Shown here piece after piece: positions 40,142 to 50,660 of a stretch of DNA of 50,780 bases. Location: assembly GCA_011369465.1 (NCBI GenBank), contig DRQG01000140.1, positions 1-50,780 on the forward strand. The letters are read 5' to 3'. This DNA comes from Caldithrix abyssi (GTDB lineage: Bacteria > Calditrichota > Calditrichia > Calditrichales > Calditrichaceae). The translations under genes were made by a program, and so were the position numbers. Position 1 is the stretch's first letter; each line of letters starts with the position of its first letter. The notes under the pieces are model-generated. The model saw only the letters and a program-made list of their open reading frames with translations, made no database searches and had not been told where the DNA came from.

Positions 40142-41295
40142 ACGATAGAATTTTATTTGTAGATGATGAGCAGCACGTATTGGGTTCCTATCGTCGGATA
40201 TTACGGAAAAACTGGGACATCGTTACTGCACTCGGCGGTGAAACCGCTTTAGATATTTTTGACAACAAAGGTCCTTTCGCAGTTGTTGTAAGTGATATGC
40301 GCATGCCCGGAATGAATGGGATTCAGCTTTTGACTAAGATAAAAGAAATAAGTCCCGATACTGTGCGTATGATGCTTACCGGTTATGCCGATTTTAATAC
40401 AGCAATGGAAGCCGTTAACGAAGGACATATTTTCCGTTTTCTTACCAAACCCTGTCCGCCGGACTTACTCAACCGTGCTTTACAGGAAGGAGTACGCCAA
40501 TACCGCCTGATAAAAGCGGAACAGGAGCTGTTGAACAAAACTCTGAAAGGAACCATCCAGGTACTTATAGAGATACTTTCCGTGATGGATCCTAAAGCCT
40601 TTAACAGGGCAAACAGACTACGCGATTACATCAAACGACTAACCGAACAAAAAGCAATAGCCGGTAATTGGGAAATTGAAATTGCTGCTCTGCTATCGCT
40701 AATCGGACAAGTAACGGTTCCCGGTACCGTAATGGAAAAAGTCCATAATAACGTATCATTAACGGATGTGGAAAAAGCGATGATTATGCGCATTCCTAAA
40801 GCAGGATTTGATTTATTGGTGAAAATACCCAGACTCGAACAGATTGCTAAAATCGTTTTGTATCAAAATAAACGCTTTAATGGTGAAGGTTTTCCCGAAG
40901 ATGACATAAAGGGTGTCGATTTACCCCTTGGTGCAAGGTTGCTAAAAATCTTAAATGACTTGATAATTCTTGAAGACAAGGGTATCTTGAGGAAGGACGC
41001 TTTTGTTACCATGGCCAAAAGAACCGGTTGGTATGACCCTAATTTGCTCTTAACTATATCCAACAAAATATCCGGCTCTTCAGAGAACGTACCTGCTTTT
41101 AGAAAAGAAACCAAAAAAGTAAAGATCAGCGAATTACACAGCGGATATTTACTTCTGGAAAATATCGAGACCAGCACCGGCCAAATGTTGATGATGGCCG
41201 GTCAGGAAATATCAGACTCACATATTATGCGTATAAAAAACTGGGCTAAATTATATACCATAAAAGAGCCTATTAAAGTGCTTCAAAAAATTTAA
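40138..41295 (+). CDS. Response regulator with a degenerate HD-GYP-like output domain.
   Basis: REC domain: VVVSDMRMPGMNG. The C-terminal region is collinear with HD-GYP, but LSLIGQ replaces HDIGK and YQNKRFNGEGFPEDDIKGVDLPLGARLLKILNDL (about 40861-40960) replaces HHErwDGsGYP..IPLgARI..vaDafDA. Confidence 0.6.
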   Translation: MNDRILFVDDEQHVLGSYRRILRKNWDIVTALGGETALDIFDNKGPFAVVVSDMRMPGMNGIQLLTKIKEISPDTVRMMLTGYADFNTAMEAVNEGHIFRFLTKPCPPDLLNRALQEGVRQYRLIKAEQELLNKTLKGTIQVLIEILSVMDPKAFNRANRLRDYIKRLTEQKAIAGNWEIEIAALLSLIGQVTVPGTVMEKVHNNVSLTDVEKAMIMRIPKAGFDLLVKIPRLEQIAKIVLYQNKRFNGEGFPEDDIKGVDLPLGARLLKILNDLIILEDKGILRKDAFVTMAKRTGWYDPNLLLTISNKISGSSENVPAFRKETKKVKISELHSGYLLLENIETSTGQMLMMAGQEISDSHIMRIKNWAKLYTIKEPIKVLQKI

Positions 41296-41456
41296 CATCT
41301 GGATTATTATCGACAGATATTTGATTCAATTGTTCATTTTTAACTATTCCGTATCAATACTTCTCGTGCAACCGGTAATGGTTTTATTGTAGTAGTGGGG
41401 GGAGGAAATTTTTATAAGCTGACCTGTATTCTTGCGGAAGGAGAAAGAGTTGTTGT

Positions 41457-44264
41457 ATGAGAGAAAAAAACGGAAATAAACCTCGTAACTCCTCTGATAC
41501 TATTAAACCCACGTCGGCTTTATTCCAGGCCGTTATTTACTGTATTAGCGATGCCGTGATAACCACGGACTCCCATGGGCGAATTGTAATCATGAATCCC
41601 GTAGCTGTAAAACTCACCGGTTGGGAAGAACATGAAGCACGTGGTAAACCGTTGGAAGAGGTGTTTAGAATTGTTAATGAGGACACCCGTGAAACAGCGA
41701 CTGATTCTGTTAAGCGAATCCTGAAAGAGGGTCTGGTGCTCGGTCTGGCAAATAATACCCTGCTCATATCCAAAAACGGCCGGGAAATTCCTATTGCCGA
41801 TAGCGGTGCTCCCATACGTACGCCAAGCGGCCGGATTAAGGGAGCGGTTATAGTTTTTCGCGACCAGACAAAGGAACGGGCTGCACAGAAGGCTATGGAA
41901 GAAGCAAAACTACTTGCTGAGAGTATTGTGGCCACAATTCATAATCCCTTGCTGGTTTTGGATGCTGATTTGTGTATCATCTCGGCCAACCGTTCATTTT
42001 ATCAAAAATTCAAAATCGGCCGGGACGAAACCGTCGGTAAGTTTTTTTACAACCTGGATGGCGGTCAATGGGATATCCCTGAGCTTAAAATACTACTGGA
42101 AGATTTACTCCCGCAAAACACCGCTGTTGACGCATGCCAGGTTGAAAAGGAATTTCCCCGTATAGGAAAACGGATCATGCGTTTAAATGCCCGCCGTATT
42201 TATAGTGAAGATAAGAAAACAAAAATGATTTTATTGGCTATCGAAGATATCAGCGAACAGAAACGTAGCGAACGTATGCAAAAAGCACAGTACAATATTG
42301 TCCAAAGCATACTGGCTTCATCAACTCTTAATGAAATCATTGAAAAAATCCGCCGTGAATTGACCGATATTATCGAACCCAAAAATTTTGTAATCGTTTT
42401 GTATGATGAGAAAAAGGATTTGCTTTATTCCTATATTGAAAAAGATGAAAAGGATGAAATTCCTCCCTACTGGCCGGTAAAGGGTTCATTGACCGGCTAC
42501 GTGGTTCGCCAAAAAAAAACTTTACTACTGAAAAAACAAGAGATCAAACGGTGGATTCGGTCTAAAAAAATAATTAAACGGGGTACGATTCCGGAAACCT
42601 GGTTGGGGATTCCTTTGTTGAGCGGAGAGAAAACAGGCGGCGTCCTGGTGCTGCAAAACTATGAACATCCTTCCGTCATAGATAAGAATCTTGTTCAATT
42701 AATGGAGTTTATCGCCCGCCAAACAGGCATTTTTTTAAGCCGTATGCAGGCCAGGGCAGAGCGGGAGCTCTTAAGCACGGCTATTGAGCAGGCGGCAGAG
42801 ACCATCGTCATTACCGATAATTTAGGTACAATTCAATACGTAAATCCGGCTTTCGAAAGGGTATCCGGATATTCGCGGGAAGAGGCGTTGGGACAAAATC
42901 CCCGAATTTTAAAAAGCGGCAAGCACGATCCGCTGTTTTATGAGAATCTTTGGGGAACTATTACCAGCGGTAAAACCTGGCGCGGCCGCTTCATTAATAA
43001 GCATAAAGACGGCACCCTGTACACGGAAGAAGCCGCTATTTCGCCTGTATCGGATGCCAACGGAAGGATATCCAATTTCGTAGCGGTCAAACGCGACATC
43101 ACACGCGAAGAAAAACTGGAATTACAGTTTCGCCAGGCGCAGAAAATGGAATCCATCGGACGCCTGGCCGGAGGTGTAGCGCACGATTTTAATAATATGC
43201 TTAGTGTTATTTTGGGCTATTCGGAATTGCTTTTATCGAAACTTAACCCCGAAGAAAAAATATACCGCGATATACAAGAAATACATGCCGCCGGCAAACG
43301 CTCAGCATCGCTTACCACCCAGCTGCTGGCCTTTGCCCGTAAACAAACCATAGCACCGGAGTGCCTGAATCTTAATGAATGCGTGAGCAATATGCTTAAA
43401 ATGCTGCGCCGTTTAATCGGTGAAAATATTGAGCTTATTTGGATACCCGATGAACATCTGGACAATGTATATGCCGATCCTTCTCAGATTGACCAGATAC
43501 TGGCCAATTTATGTGTGAACGCCCGCGACGCCATTGGCAACGCAGGAAAGATCACCCTGGAAACAACCAATGTTACGATGGACGATGTCTATTGTAGCGA
43601 CCATGCTTATTTTAAACCCGGCCCCTATGTTATGCTGGCAGTCAGTGACGACGGCCGTGGTATGAACGAAGAGACCCGTTTGAAAATATTCGATCCCTTC
43701 TTTACCACAAAAGAACCCGGCAAAGGAACCGGGTTGGGTATGTCCACTGTTTACGGTATCGTTAAACAGAATAACGGTTTTATTAATGTGTACAGCGAAA
43801 TCGGCAAAGGTACAACAATAAAGATCTATCTGCCGCGTTATTCCAAAGCCGATGTTACGGGTAAACAGGAAGAGCAGGAAGAAATCATACACGGTCAGGG
43901 AGAACGTATTTTGTTGGTAGAAGATGAAACGGCCATCCTGGAACTTATCCAGACCATGCTGGAAGACATTGGATACCAGGTTATCGCCGCCGAATCACCC
44001 GAAGAAGCGGTTTTGCTGGCCGGGGGACAAAAAGAATCCCTTCATTTACTTATGACTGATGTGGTGATGCCGGAAATGAGCGGTAAAGAATTGGCAGTCC
44101 AATTACAAAAAATACATCCCAAAATCAAAATCCTTTATATGTCCGGATATACATCTAATATCATCGCCCATCGGGGAATTTTGGAAAAGGGTGTGTATTT
44201 TATAAACAAACCTTTTTCAATGCGTGAATTATCCAAAAAGATTCGCCAGGTTCTTACAAGTTAA
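41457..44264 (+). CDS. Hybrid sensor histidine kinase with PAS, PAS, GAF, PAS, HisKA and HATPase_c domains and a C-terminal REC.
   Basis: H-box [20 protein letters not shown] boxes [18 protein letters not shown] and [10 protein letters not shown]-terminal receiver ILLVEDE...[13 protein letters not shown]. Confidence 0.85.
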   Translation: MREKNGNKPRNSSDTIKPTSALFQAVIYCISDAVITTDSHGRIVIMNPVAVKLTGWEEHEARGKPLEEVFRIVNEDTRETATDSVKRILKEGLVLGLANNTLLISKNGREIPIADSGAPIRTPSGRIKGAVIVFRDQTKERAAQKAMEEAKLLAESIVATIHNPLLVLDADLCIISANRSFYQKFKIGRDETVGKFFYNLDGGQWDIPELKILLEDLLPQNTAVDACQVEKEFPRIGKRIMRLNARRIYSEDKKTKMILLAIEDISEQKRSERMQKAQYNIVQSILASSTLNEIIEKIRRELTDIIEPKNFVIVLYDEKKDLLYSYIEKDEKDEIPPYWPVKGSLTGYVVRQKKTLLLKKQEIKRWIRSKKIIKRGTIPETWLGIPLLSGEKTGGVLVLQNYEHPSVIDKNLVQLMEFIARQTGIFLSRMQARAERELLSTAIEQAAETIVITDNLGTIQYVNPAFERVSGYSREEALGQNPRILKSGKHDPLFYENLWGTITSGKTWRGRFINKHKDGTLYTEEAAISPVSDANGRISNFVAVKRDITREEKLELQFRQAQKMESIGRLAGGVAHDFNNMLSVILGYSELLLSKLNPEEKIYRDIQEIHAAGKRSASLTTQLLAFARKQTIAPECLNLNECVSNMLKMLRRLIGENIELIWIPDEHLDNVYADPSQIDQILANLCVNARDAIGNAGKITLETTNVTMDDVYCSDHAYFKPGPYVMLAVSDDGRGMNEETRLKIFDPFFTTKEPGKGTGLGMSTVYGIVKQNNGFINVYSEIGKGTTIKIYLPRYSKADVTGKQEEQEEIIHGQGERILLVEDETAILELIQTMLEDIGYQVIAAESPEEAVLLAGGQKESLHLLMTDVVMPEMSGKELAVQLQKIHPKIKILYMSGYTSNIIAHRGILEKGVYFINKPFSMRELSKKIRQVLTS

Positions 44265-44299
44265 ACAGATTATCACTCTATTCGATAAAGTTGCTTGAT

Positions 44300-45397
44300 T
44301 TATTCTTGCAAGTTCTCAAGTGTTTGTACAATGCGCTCGCTTGCTTTACCGTCCCAAAGCGGCGGAATTTGCCCTTTTTTCCATTGATCGTTGAGAATTT
44401 TGTCCGTCAAAGTGATGAGCTTTTCGGTATCGGTGCCCACAATTTCATTGGTGCCCAGTTCGGCGGTAATGGGGCGTTCGGTATTTTCGCGTACTGTTAA
44501 ACAGGGTTTCCCCAGGTAGGTGGTTTCTTCCTGCAGGCCTCCGGAATCGGTAATAACAAACCGGCAATTCATCTCCAGATTGATGAAATCCAGATAACCC
44601 AACGGCGGTACTAATTTAAGATTGGGCAGATGATCAACCTGATTCATCAAACCGAACGATTCGAGATTTTTCCGTGCTCTGGGATGAATAGGAAAGACAA
44701 CCGTAATCCGTTCCTGAATGGTTTGCAAAGCGTTCAGCAAGCGCGGCAATATCTGCGGATCGTCCACATTGCTGGGACGATGCAAAGTTACCAAAACAAA
44801 TTCTTCCTCAACAAGGCCAAAACGCGACAGGGTATCCATTTGCCGGGCTTTTTCCATAAAACCGATCAGAGAATCGATCATCACGTTTCCGGTAAAATGG
44901 ATTTTATCGGGATGTACGCCCTCACGAAGCAGGTTTTCTTCACCGCTTTTTTCGGTTACAAAAAGATGATCGGCCAGCGCGTCGGTAACTAAGCGGTTGA
45001 TCTCTTCGGGCATCTGACGGTCAAAACTGCGCAATCCCGCTTCTACGTGGGCTACGGGAATCCACAGTTTGCTGGCCACAATACTGCAGGCCATAGTGGA
45101 ATTTACATCGCCGACTACCAGCACCAGATCCGGTTTTTGCTCCTGGCAGATTTTTTCGAACTCCACCATTATTTTTGCGGTTTGCTCAGCGTGGCTGCCC
45201 GAGCCCACTCCCAAATAGACGTCCGGTTTGGGCAGCTGCAAATCATTAAAAAAGAATTTGCTCATTCGTTCGTCGTAGTGCTGTCCGGTATGGACCAAGA
45301 TCGGCTCCAGAGCTGAATGTGTATTTTGCATTCGTCGATGAATAGGAGCGATCTTCATAAAATTGGGCCGGGCGCCCACCACATTAAATATGCGCAT
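44300..45397 (-). CDS. wecB: Non-hydrolysing UDP-N-acetylglucosamine 2-epimerase.
   Basis: MRIFNVVGARPNFMKIAPI.., HTGQHYD and HVEAGLRS motifs. Collinear with WecB/MnaA. Confidence 0.88.
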   Translation of the reverse strand: MRIFNVVGARPNFMKIAPIHRRMQNTHSALEPILVHTGQHYDERMSKFFFNDLQLPKPDVYLGVGSGSHAEQTAKIMVEFEKICQEQKPDLVLVVGDVNSTMACSIVASKLWIPVAHVEAGLRSFDRQMPEEINRLVTDALADHLFVTEKSGEENLLREGVHPDKIHFTGNVMIDSLIGFMEKARQMDTLSRFGLVEEEFVLVTLHRPSNVDDPQILPRLLNALQTIQERITVVFPIHPRARKNLESFGLMNQVDHLPNLKLVPPLGYLDFINLEMNCRFVITDSGGLQEETTYLGKPCLTVRENTERPITAELGTNEIVGTDTEKLITLTDKILNDQWKKGQIPPLWDGKASERIVQTLENLQE

Positions 45398-45438
45398 AGT
45401 TCAAAATCTTTCGTCGTATAATCCGTTCCATTCTCAAT

Positions 45439-46365
45439 TTATTGTTGTTCCTTAAACCAGCGGTAGGTTTCAGTAATACCCTGTTCCAGACCGATTTTAG
45501 CCGACCAACCCAGTTTGTTAAGGCGGCTCACGTCCAGCAGTTTACGGGGCGTTCCGTCAGGTTTGCTTGTATCAAAGGTCAGTTCACCCGTATACCCCAC
45601 AATCTGTTTAATCAACAAGGCCAGTTCTTTGATGGATATATCCTGGCCGACACCGATGTTTACAAAATCGTTTCCGGAATAATTTCGCATTAAGAACAGG
45701 CAGGCGTCCACCAGGTCGTCCACGTGTAAAAACTCCCTTTTAGGGTTGCCTGTACCCCAAATTTGCACAACCGGCGCCTGCTTCAGTTTAGCTTCGTGAA
45801 ATTTACGGATCAGTGCCGGAAGCACGTGGGAGGTTTGCAGATCGAAGTTATCATTCGGCCCATACAAGTTGGTGGGCATAACGGAAATGAAATCCGTGCC
45901 GTATTGATCATTGTAAGCCTGGCACATTTTGATACCGGCGATTTTGGCGATAGCGTACGGTTCATTGGTGGGTTCCAGCGGGCCGGTAAGCAGATGCTCT
46001 TCCTTCATAGGCTGAGGGGCGTGTTTCGGATAGATGCAGGAGCTGCCCAGAAAGAGCAGTTTTTTTACGCCGCTCAAATATGCGGAATGGATGATATTAT
46101 TCTGAATTTGCAAATTTTCATAAATAAATTGAGCGCGGTAAGTATTGTTAGCCAGAATACCGCCCACCTTGGCCGCTGCCAGAAATACAAAATCCGGTTT
46201 CTCAGTTTCAAAAAAACGACGAACAGCGCTTTGATCCAGCAGATCGAGTTCTTCTCTGCCGCGCAGCAACAAGTTTACAAAACCATCTTTTTGCAGCCGG
46301 CGCACAATAGCTGAGCCCACCATACCCCGGTGACCGGCAACGTAAATTTTACTTTCTTTTTTCAT
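45439..46365 (-). CDS. fcl: GDP-L-fucose synthase (GDP-4-keto-6-deoxy-D-mannose 3,5-epimerase/4-reductase).
   Basis: Near-collinear with E. coli Fcl: [80 protein letters not shown]. Confidence 0.93.
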   Translation of the reverse strand: MKKESKIYVAGHRGMVGSAIVRRLQKDGFVNLLLRGREELDLLDQSAVRRFFETEKPDFVFLAAAKVGGILANNTYRAQFIYENLQIQNNIIHSAYLSGVKKLLFLGSSCIYPKHAPQPMKEEHLLTGPLEPTNEPYAIAKIAGIKMCQAYNDQYGTDFISVMPTNLYGPNDNFDLQTSHVLPALIRKFHEAKLKQAPVVQIWGTGNPKREFLHVDDLVDACLFLMRNYSGNDFVNIGVGQDISIKELALLIKQIVGYTGELTFDTSKPDGTPRKLLDVSRLNKLGWSAKIGLEQGITETYRWFKEQQ

Positions 46366-46368
46366 TCT

Positions 46369-47442
46369 CTAATACCCTCTGCGCTGAACCAGTTCCCAGT
46401 CGGCCCGGGCCATAATCCGTACCAGTTCTTCAAAGCGCACTTTGGGATTCCAGCCCAGTTCCTTTTCGGCCTTTGAAGCATCGCCGATCAGCAGATCCAC
46501 CTCTGTGGGACGGTAATATTTAGGGTCTACCGCTACTACAGCGGTTCCGGCCGGAATATCGCCGCCCTGAGGGCGGGTCAGCTTATGGATAAGACGCCCC
46601 ACTTCGTCGGCGCCCTGGCCGCTCCATTCCAGTTCCATGCCCAGCTCGGCAAATGTTTTGTCCACAAATTCGCGTACGGAGTGGGTCTCGCCCGTGGCAA
46701 TTACATAATCCTGGGCTTTGTCCTGCTGAAGCATCAACCACATAGCTTCCACATATTCCGGAGCATATCCCCAGTCCCGTTTGGCGTTCAAATTACCGAT
46801 GAGCAGTTTATTCTGTAATCCGTACTTAATTTTTGCCGCAGCCATAGTAATTTTACGGGTTACAAACGTACCGCCCCGGCGCGGCGATTCGTGATTAAAC
46901 AGGATACCGTTGCAGGCAAACAGATTGTAGGCCTCGCGGTAATTCACAATAATCCAGTAGGCGTATAATTTGGCCACCCCATACGGCGATCGCGGGTAAA
47001 AAGGCGTTTTTTCCGTCTGCGGCACTTCCTGCACCTTTCCGTACAATTCGCTGGTGGAGGCCTGATAAAATCTGGTGTCGATCCCGGTTTCCTTGATGGC
47101 GTCGATAAAACGCAGCGTACCCACCGCGTCCACCTCGGCTGTGTATTCGGGGACGTCAAAAGAAACTTTTACGTGGCTTTGCGCGGCCAGGTTATAGATT
47201 TCGTCCGGATGTATCTTTTCCAGCAGGCGGTTCAGATTGCTGGAATCGGTCAGGTCGCCGTGATATAAAAAGAAGCGTTGGTCATGCAGGCTGCGGTCAT
47301 TAAAAATGTGATCTATCCGGCCGGTGTTAAAGGAGCTGGCCCGGCGGATGATGCCGTGCACTTCGTATCCTTTTTCCAGCAACAACTCGGCCAAATAGGA
47401 ACCGTCCTGTCCGGTGATGCCGGTAATCAGCGCTTTTTTCAT
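46369..47442 (-). CDS. gmd: GDP-mannose 4,6-dehydratase.
   Basis: Near-collinear with E. coli Gmd: [73 protein letters not shown]. Confidence 0.95.
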   Translation of the reverse strand: MKKALITGITGQDGSYLAELLLEKGYEVHGIIRRASSFNTGRIDHIFNDRSLHDQRFFLYHGDLTDSSNLNRLLEKIHPDEIYNLAAQSHVKVSFDVPEYTAEVDAVGTLRFIDAIKETGIDTRFYQASTSELYGKVQEVPQTEKTPFYPRSPYGVAKLYAYWIIVNYREAYNLFACNGILFNHESPRRGGTFVTRKITMAAAKIKYGLQNKLLIGNLNAKRDWGYAPEYVEAMWLMLQQDKAQDYVIATGETHSVREFVDKTFAELGMELEWSGQGADEVGRLIHKLTRPQGGDIPAGTAVVAVDPKYYRPTEVDLLIGDASKAEKELGWNPKVRFEELVRIMARADWELVQRRGY

Positions 47443-47482
47443 TCTAATTGCTCTCTTTCTGAATTATATTTGAATACATTGT

Positions 47483-47845
47483 TTATTTGGGAATCGTTTT
47501 TGCCGGGAACAACAACCGGCTGGCCTCCGCCGAAAGCCGGATTAAATGGATGTAAAGCAATGTGTTCATGCGTATATCTTTTTTCTCTGCGGTGTATTGC
47601 ATAGCCAGCACTTCTCTGAAGCGGCGCAGCTCCTTTAATTTGCCGCGCCATTTAGGATCGCTCGAAGTCAGATCGGTAAGTTCAAAGGCCCGTTCGTAGC
47701 ATTCATTTACTGAATCCGTTCTTCCGGTTACAATATGGTTTTTTGCCCGATTTAGCTCATTGGCGATCATCAACACCTGCTGCCCTCTGGAACGGTTAAA
47801 CCATTTTTCTTCGCTCAGGTTTTTATGCCATTTTAAAGAATACAT
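47483..47845 (-). CDS. Hypothetical small helical protein (120 aa).
   Basis: ORF only, with no recognisable motif. Its start overlaps the upstream gene's stop by 1 nt. Confidence 0.4.
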   Translation of the reverse strand: MYSLKWHKNLSEEKWFNRSRGQQVLMIANELNRAKNHIVTGRTDSVNECYERAFELTDLTSSDPKWRGKLKELRRFREVLAMQYTAEKKDIRMNTLLYIHLIRLSAEASRLLFPAKTIPK

Positions 47846-48180
47846 TATCTTATGAGTTCCGTAATAATAGATTGGATTTTAGCACGCAACGCTTCATCTT
47901 CTACTTCCATCGAGCGGTTGCCGTTTGCCGGTCTGATATTGATAAAAGAGGTATATTCTATCCTATATCCGTCATCTGTCAGTTCCAAATTGGCCCCCCA
48001 AAGGTCTTGCTGCTTCGAGCCTTCTTCTAAGAGTTTTTCTTCAATATCGGCATGCATTTCTTCATCGGCACCTATTATTTTTTTGGAAATGTCCACCACA
48101 ATTTTAATGATTCCGCCCAAATCTATTTCTTTTGTTTGCCACAAGGTTTTGAAGGCAATCGGTTCTTTAATCAGTATCAT
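47845..48180 (-). CDS. Hypothetical small acidic protein (111 aa).
   Basis: ORF only. Overlaps by 1 nt with the downstream ORF on the same strand. Confidence 0.4.
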   Translation of the reverse strand: MILIKEPIAFKTLWQTKEIDLGGIIKIVVDISKKIIGADEEMHADIEEKLLEEGSKQQDLWGANLELTDDGYRIEYTSFINIRPANGNRSMEVEDEALRAKIQSIITELIR

Positions 48181-48190
48181 AGCCTGTTTT

Positions 48191-48805
48191 TTATTTTATG
48201 CTTTTATCTTCCGGCCAATCCAGACATCTGAGCAGGCCTTTTTCCACTTCCTTATATTTCCAGCCGCTTTTGGGGCAGGTCATAATACCCTGATCATCCG
48301 GATGGGATAAGCGGGCCCCGTGCCGGCTCATCCAGCCGATGCGCCGCGCCGGTACGCCGGCCATCAGCGCGTAGTCGGGCACGTGTTTGGTCACCACCGC
48401 TCCGGCGGCGATAAAGGCAAAACGGCCGATATCGTGCCCGCACACGATCGTCGCGTTGGCGCCGATGGTAGCGCCGTATTTCACCACCGTTTTTAAATAA
48501 AATGCGCTTCCCCGCTGGGGAAATTCGCAGCGCGGATCGATGATATTGGTAAAAACCATCGAAGGACCGCAAAATACGTAGTCTTCCAATTCTACCCCTT
48601 CGTAAATGGAAACGTTATTTTGTATTTTGCAATAATTACCGATGCGAACGTTGTTGCCAACATTCACATTTTGCCCAAACACGCATCCCCGGCCGATAAC
48701 CGAGCCGCTCTGGATATGCGAAAAATGCCAGATTTTTGTGCCTTCGCCGATTTGTACGTTATCATCCACGAAAGAAGATTCGTGTACAAAGTAGTTTTTA
48801 TCCAA
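48191..48805 (-). CDS. Hexapeptide-repeat (left-handed beta-helix) sugar N-acetyltransferase, WbpD/WlbB-like.
   Basis: Tandem [LIV]-G-x-x-x-x repeats (VQIGEGTKIWHFSHIQSGSVIGRGCVFGQNVNVGNNVRIGNYCKIQNNVSI). C-terminal extension as in WbpD-type UDP-amino-sugar acetyltransferases. Confidence 0.75.
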   Translation of the reverse strand: MDKNYFVHESSFVDDNVQIGEGTKIWHFSHIQSGSVIGRGCVFGQNVNVGNNVRIGNYCKIQNNVSIYEGVELEDYVFCGPSMVFTNIIDPRCEFPQRGSAFYLKTVVKYGATIGANATIVCGHDIGRFAFIAAGAVVTKHVPDYALMAGVPARRIGWMSRHGARLSHPDDQGIMTCPKSGWKYKEVEKGLLRCLDWPEDKSIK

Positions 48806-48808
48806 AAT

Positions 48809-49183
48809 TCACTCCTCCGTCAAGCGATAGATTTTATCCAATAATTCGCCGTATTCCGTTTTAAGCCGATTAAAAATTTCCATAATTCTCTTTTCGTCAT
48901 AGGTATGCGTTGTCTCGTTTCGGTCGTCCACCATTTTAAGCAGACGTTCCGTTGTATCCTCGTCATACAATCCAAGACTAAAACCTTCCCTGAAACATTG
49001 TTTGGGCGAGTTGCATACCAGACCATGAACCCGGCGCAGATAATCGCGCAACGATTTCCAGGCCAGTTCAAAAGTAAATTCAAAACGCTGTATGGCGGCG
49101 TCTCTTACGATAACAGAGGGTTCCATCTCCAGCGCTTCTTTCAATTTTTGCACAGCGTTATAAAAATTGGCGCGTTTTACCAT
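48809..49183 (-). CDS. HEPN-domain protein, HepT / 'nucleotidyltransferase substrate-binding protein' (HI0074 family), a toxin-type component.
   Basis: IVRDAAIQRFEFTFELAWKSLRDYL and DRNETTHTYDE match the HI0074/HepT family, including the R-x4-HxY-like region. Overlaps the MNT gene by 7 nt. Confidence 0.78.
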   Translation of the reverse strand: MVKRANFYNAVQKLKEALEMEPSVIVRDAAIQRFEFTFELAWKSLRDYLRRVHGLVCNSPKQCFREGFSLGLYDEDTTERLLKMVDDRNETTHTYDEKRIMEIFNRLKTEYGELLDKIYRLTEE

Positions 49184-49464
49184 AGTTTGCCTTCCCGGAT
49201 AATGCGCTGTTTCAGTTCTTCGGAAATGCCGTTTAGGTCAACAATATCCACTTTATAAGGGATATCCGAATTCTCCAGTTTTTCTTTGATTCTGGATATA
49301 AAGCGGGCCGGAATCTTTTCCGACAGGTCAATCGCGATATCAAAATCCGAAGTGGCGTGAGCGTCGCCTCTGGCACGGGAACCGTACAGAATAATCTTTA
49401 ACTGAGGATCGGGAATGATCTCGCGAATAATTTTGATAATACGATCCCTATAACCGGCGGGCAA
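49177..49464 (-). CDS. Minimal nucleotidyltransferase (MntA-type) antitoxin component.
   Basis: LKIILYGSRARGDAHATSDFDIAIDL is the GS-x9-DxD polymerase-beta nucleotidyltransferase signature. 95 aa. Confidence 0.8.
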   Translation of the reverse strand: MPAGYRDRIIKIIREIIPDPQLKIILYGSRARGDAHATSDFDIAIDLSEKIPARFISRIKEKLENSDIPYKVDIVDLNGISEELKQRIIREGKLW

Positions 49465-49489
49465 TTCCCTTACTCCTTTTTGATCAGCG

Positions 49490-50446
49490 TTATCCGATTT
49501 TTACCAAAGGATGGACGGTCTCTTTGCTGCCCGAAATGATTTCACTATGCCGGATTTTGTGCACCAGTTCGATCGACGGCCGGGCCTCGGGGATGCCGTA
49601 CCCACCGCCTTGGAGAATATCCCGGTAAACAACCGTATGTAAATCCGTAAATCCTCCGGAGAATTCCAGCTCTGCACCATCTATTTTTATACTGCGATAG
49701 GTAGGCTGTCCCTTATCGAGAACATCTTTGGGTAAATCGTTTTTATCCAAAGATAGAAACCAGCGCACATCAGCCTTTTCCAGTTCGATAAAACCGGCCA
49801 TCTTTTTGGGATCGTTCAGATACACTTCGTTGTGCCGCACTTTACCAAAAATCCACATCAGCATATCAAAAAAATGAATACCGATATTGGTGGCAACCCC
49901 GCCCGATTTGTGAATATCCCCTTTCCACGAATAAAAATACCACTTGCCGCGCGAGGTGATATAGGTTAAATCGATTGAATGCTTTTGGCCGGGAGGAAGG
50001 GAATCAATTGTCTTCTTTAGATCCTTTATGGCCTGATGAACGCGCAGTTGAAGTACATTGTAAATTTTGATTCCGGTTTCGGCTTCCAACTCTTCCAGCG
50101 CGTCCAGATTCCATGGATTGAGCACCAGCGGTTTTTCGCAGATAGGATGGGCGCCCACACGCAGCGCAAAACGGATATGGGCGTCATGCAGATAATTGGG
50201 TGAACAGATGCTGATATAATCGATCTTTTTCCCCTCATCGTGGCGGCGCAGCAATTCAATGTGACGGTCGAAGCGCTCAAATTCGGTAAAAAAATCAACA
50301 TCATCAAAATAACGATCCAAAATGCCTACCGAGTCAAAAGGATCGAAGGCGGCGATGAGCCGGTTACCGGTATCTTTTATGGCCTGCATGTGCCGCGGAG
50401 CGATATACCCGGCAGCCCCGATCAGGGCAAAATTTTTTATATTCAT
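49490..50446 (-). CDS. Gfo/Idh/MocA-family NAD-dependent oxidoreductase, likely a WbpB-like UDP-sugar 3-dehydrogenase.
   Basis: N-terminal Rossmann MNIKNFALIGAAGYIAPRHMQA. ICSPNYLHD and EKP motifs. Sits in a nucleotide-sugar operon beside a WbpD-like acetyltransferase. Confidence 0.78.
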   Translation of the reverse strand: MNIKNFALIGAAGYIAPRHMQAIKDTGNRLIAAFDPFDSVGILDRYFDDVDFFTEFERFDRHIELLRRHDEGKKIDYISICSPNYLHDAHIRFALRVGAHPICEKPLVLNPWNLDALEELEAETGIKIYNVLQLRVHQAIKDLKKTIDSLPPGQKHSIDLTYITSRGKWYFYSWKGDIHKSGGVATNIGIHFFDMLMWIFGKVRHNEVYLNDPKKMAGFIELEKADVRWFLSLDKNDLPKDVLDKGQPTYRSIKIDGAELEFSGGFTDLHTVVYRDILQGGGYGIPEARPSIELVHKIRHSEIISGSKETVHPLVKIG

Positions 50447-50569
50447 AAGAAGTCCTGTATCGTTTTTATATTTATTGATAAATAATGAAAATACAAAGAA
50501 TTGCCAGATTTATCAAATGAGAAAAGTGTGTAAAAATTAGATAGTACAGAGTAATTAGTACTTAGTACA

Positions 50570-50660
50570 GAAGGGGAGTTGGATGCGGGGAACTGGGAAT
50601 TGGGAACCGGATGCTGGATGCTTGATGCTGGAAAAAGATAGAAATTAAGAATTATGAATG
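50570..50660 (+). repeat. Composite intergenic repeat element, copy E (module 1, lying upstream of the minus-strand operon).
   Basis: GGGAGTTGGATGCGGGGAACTGGGAATTGGGAACCGGATGCTGGATGCTTGATGCTGGAAA is near-identical to module 1 of copies B and D. Confidence 0.7.
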
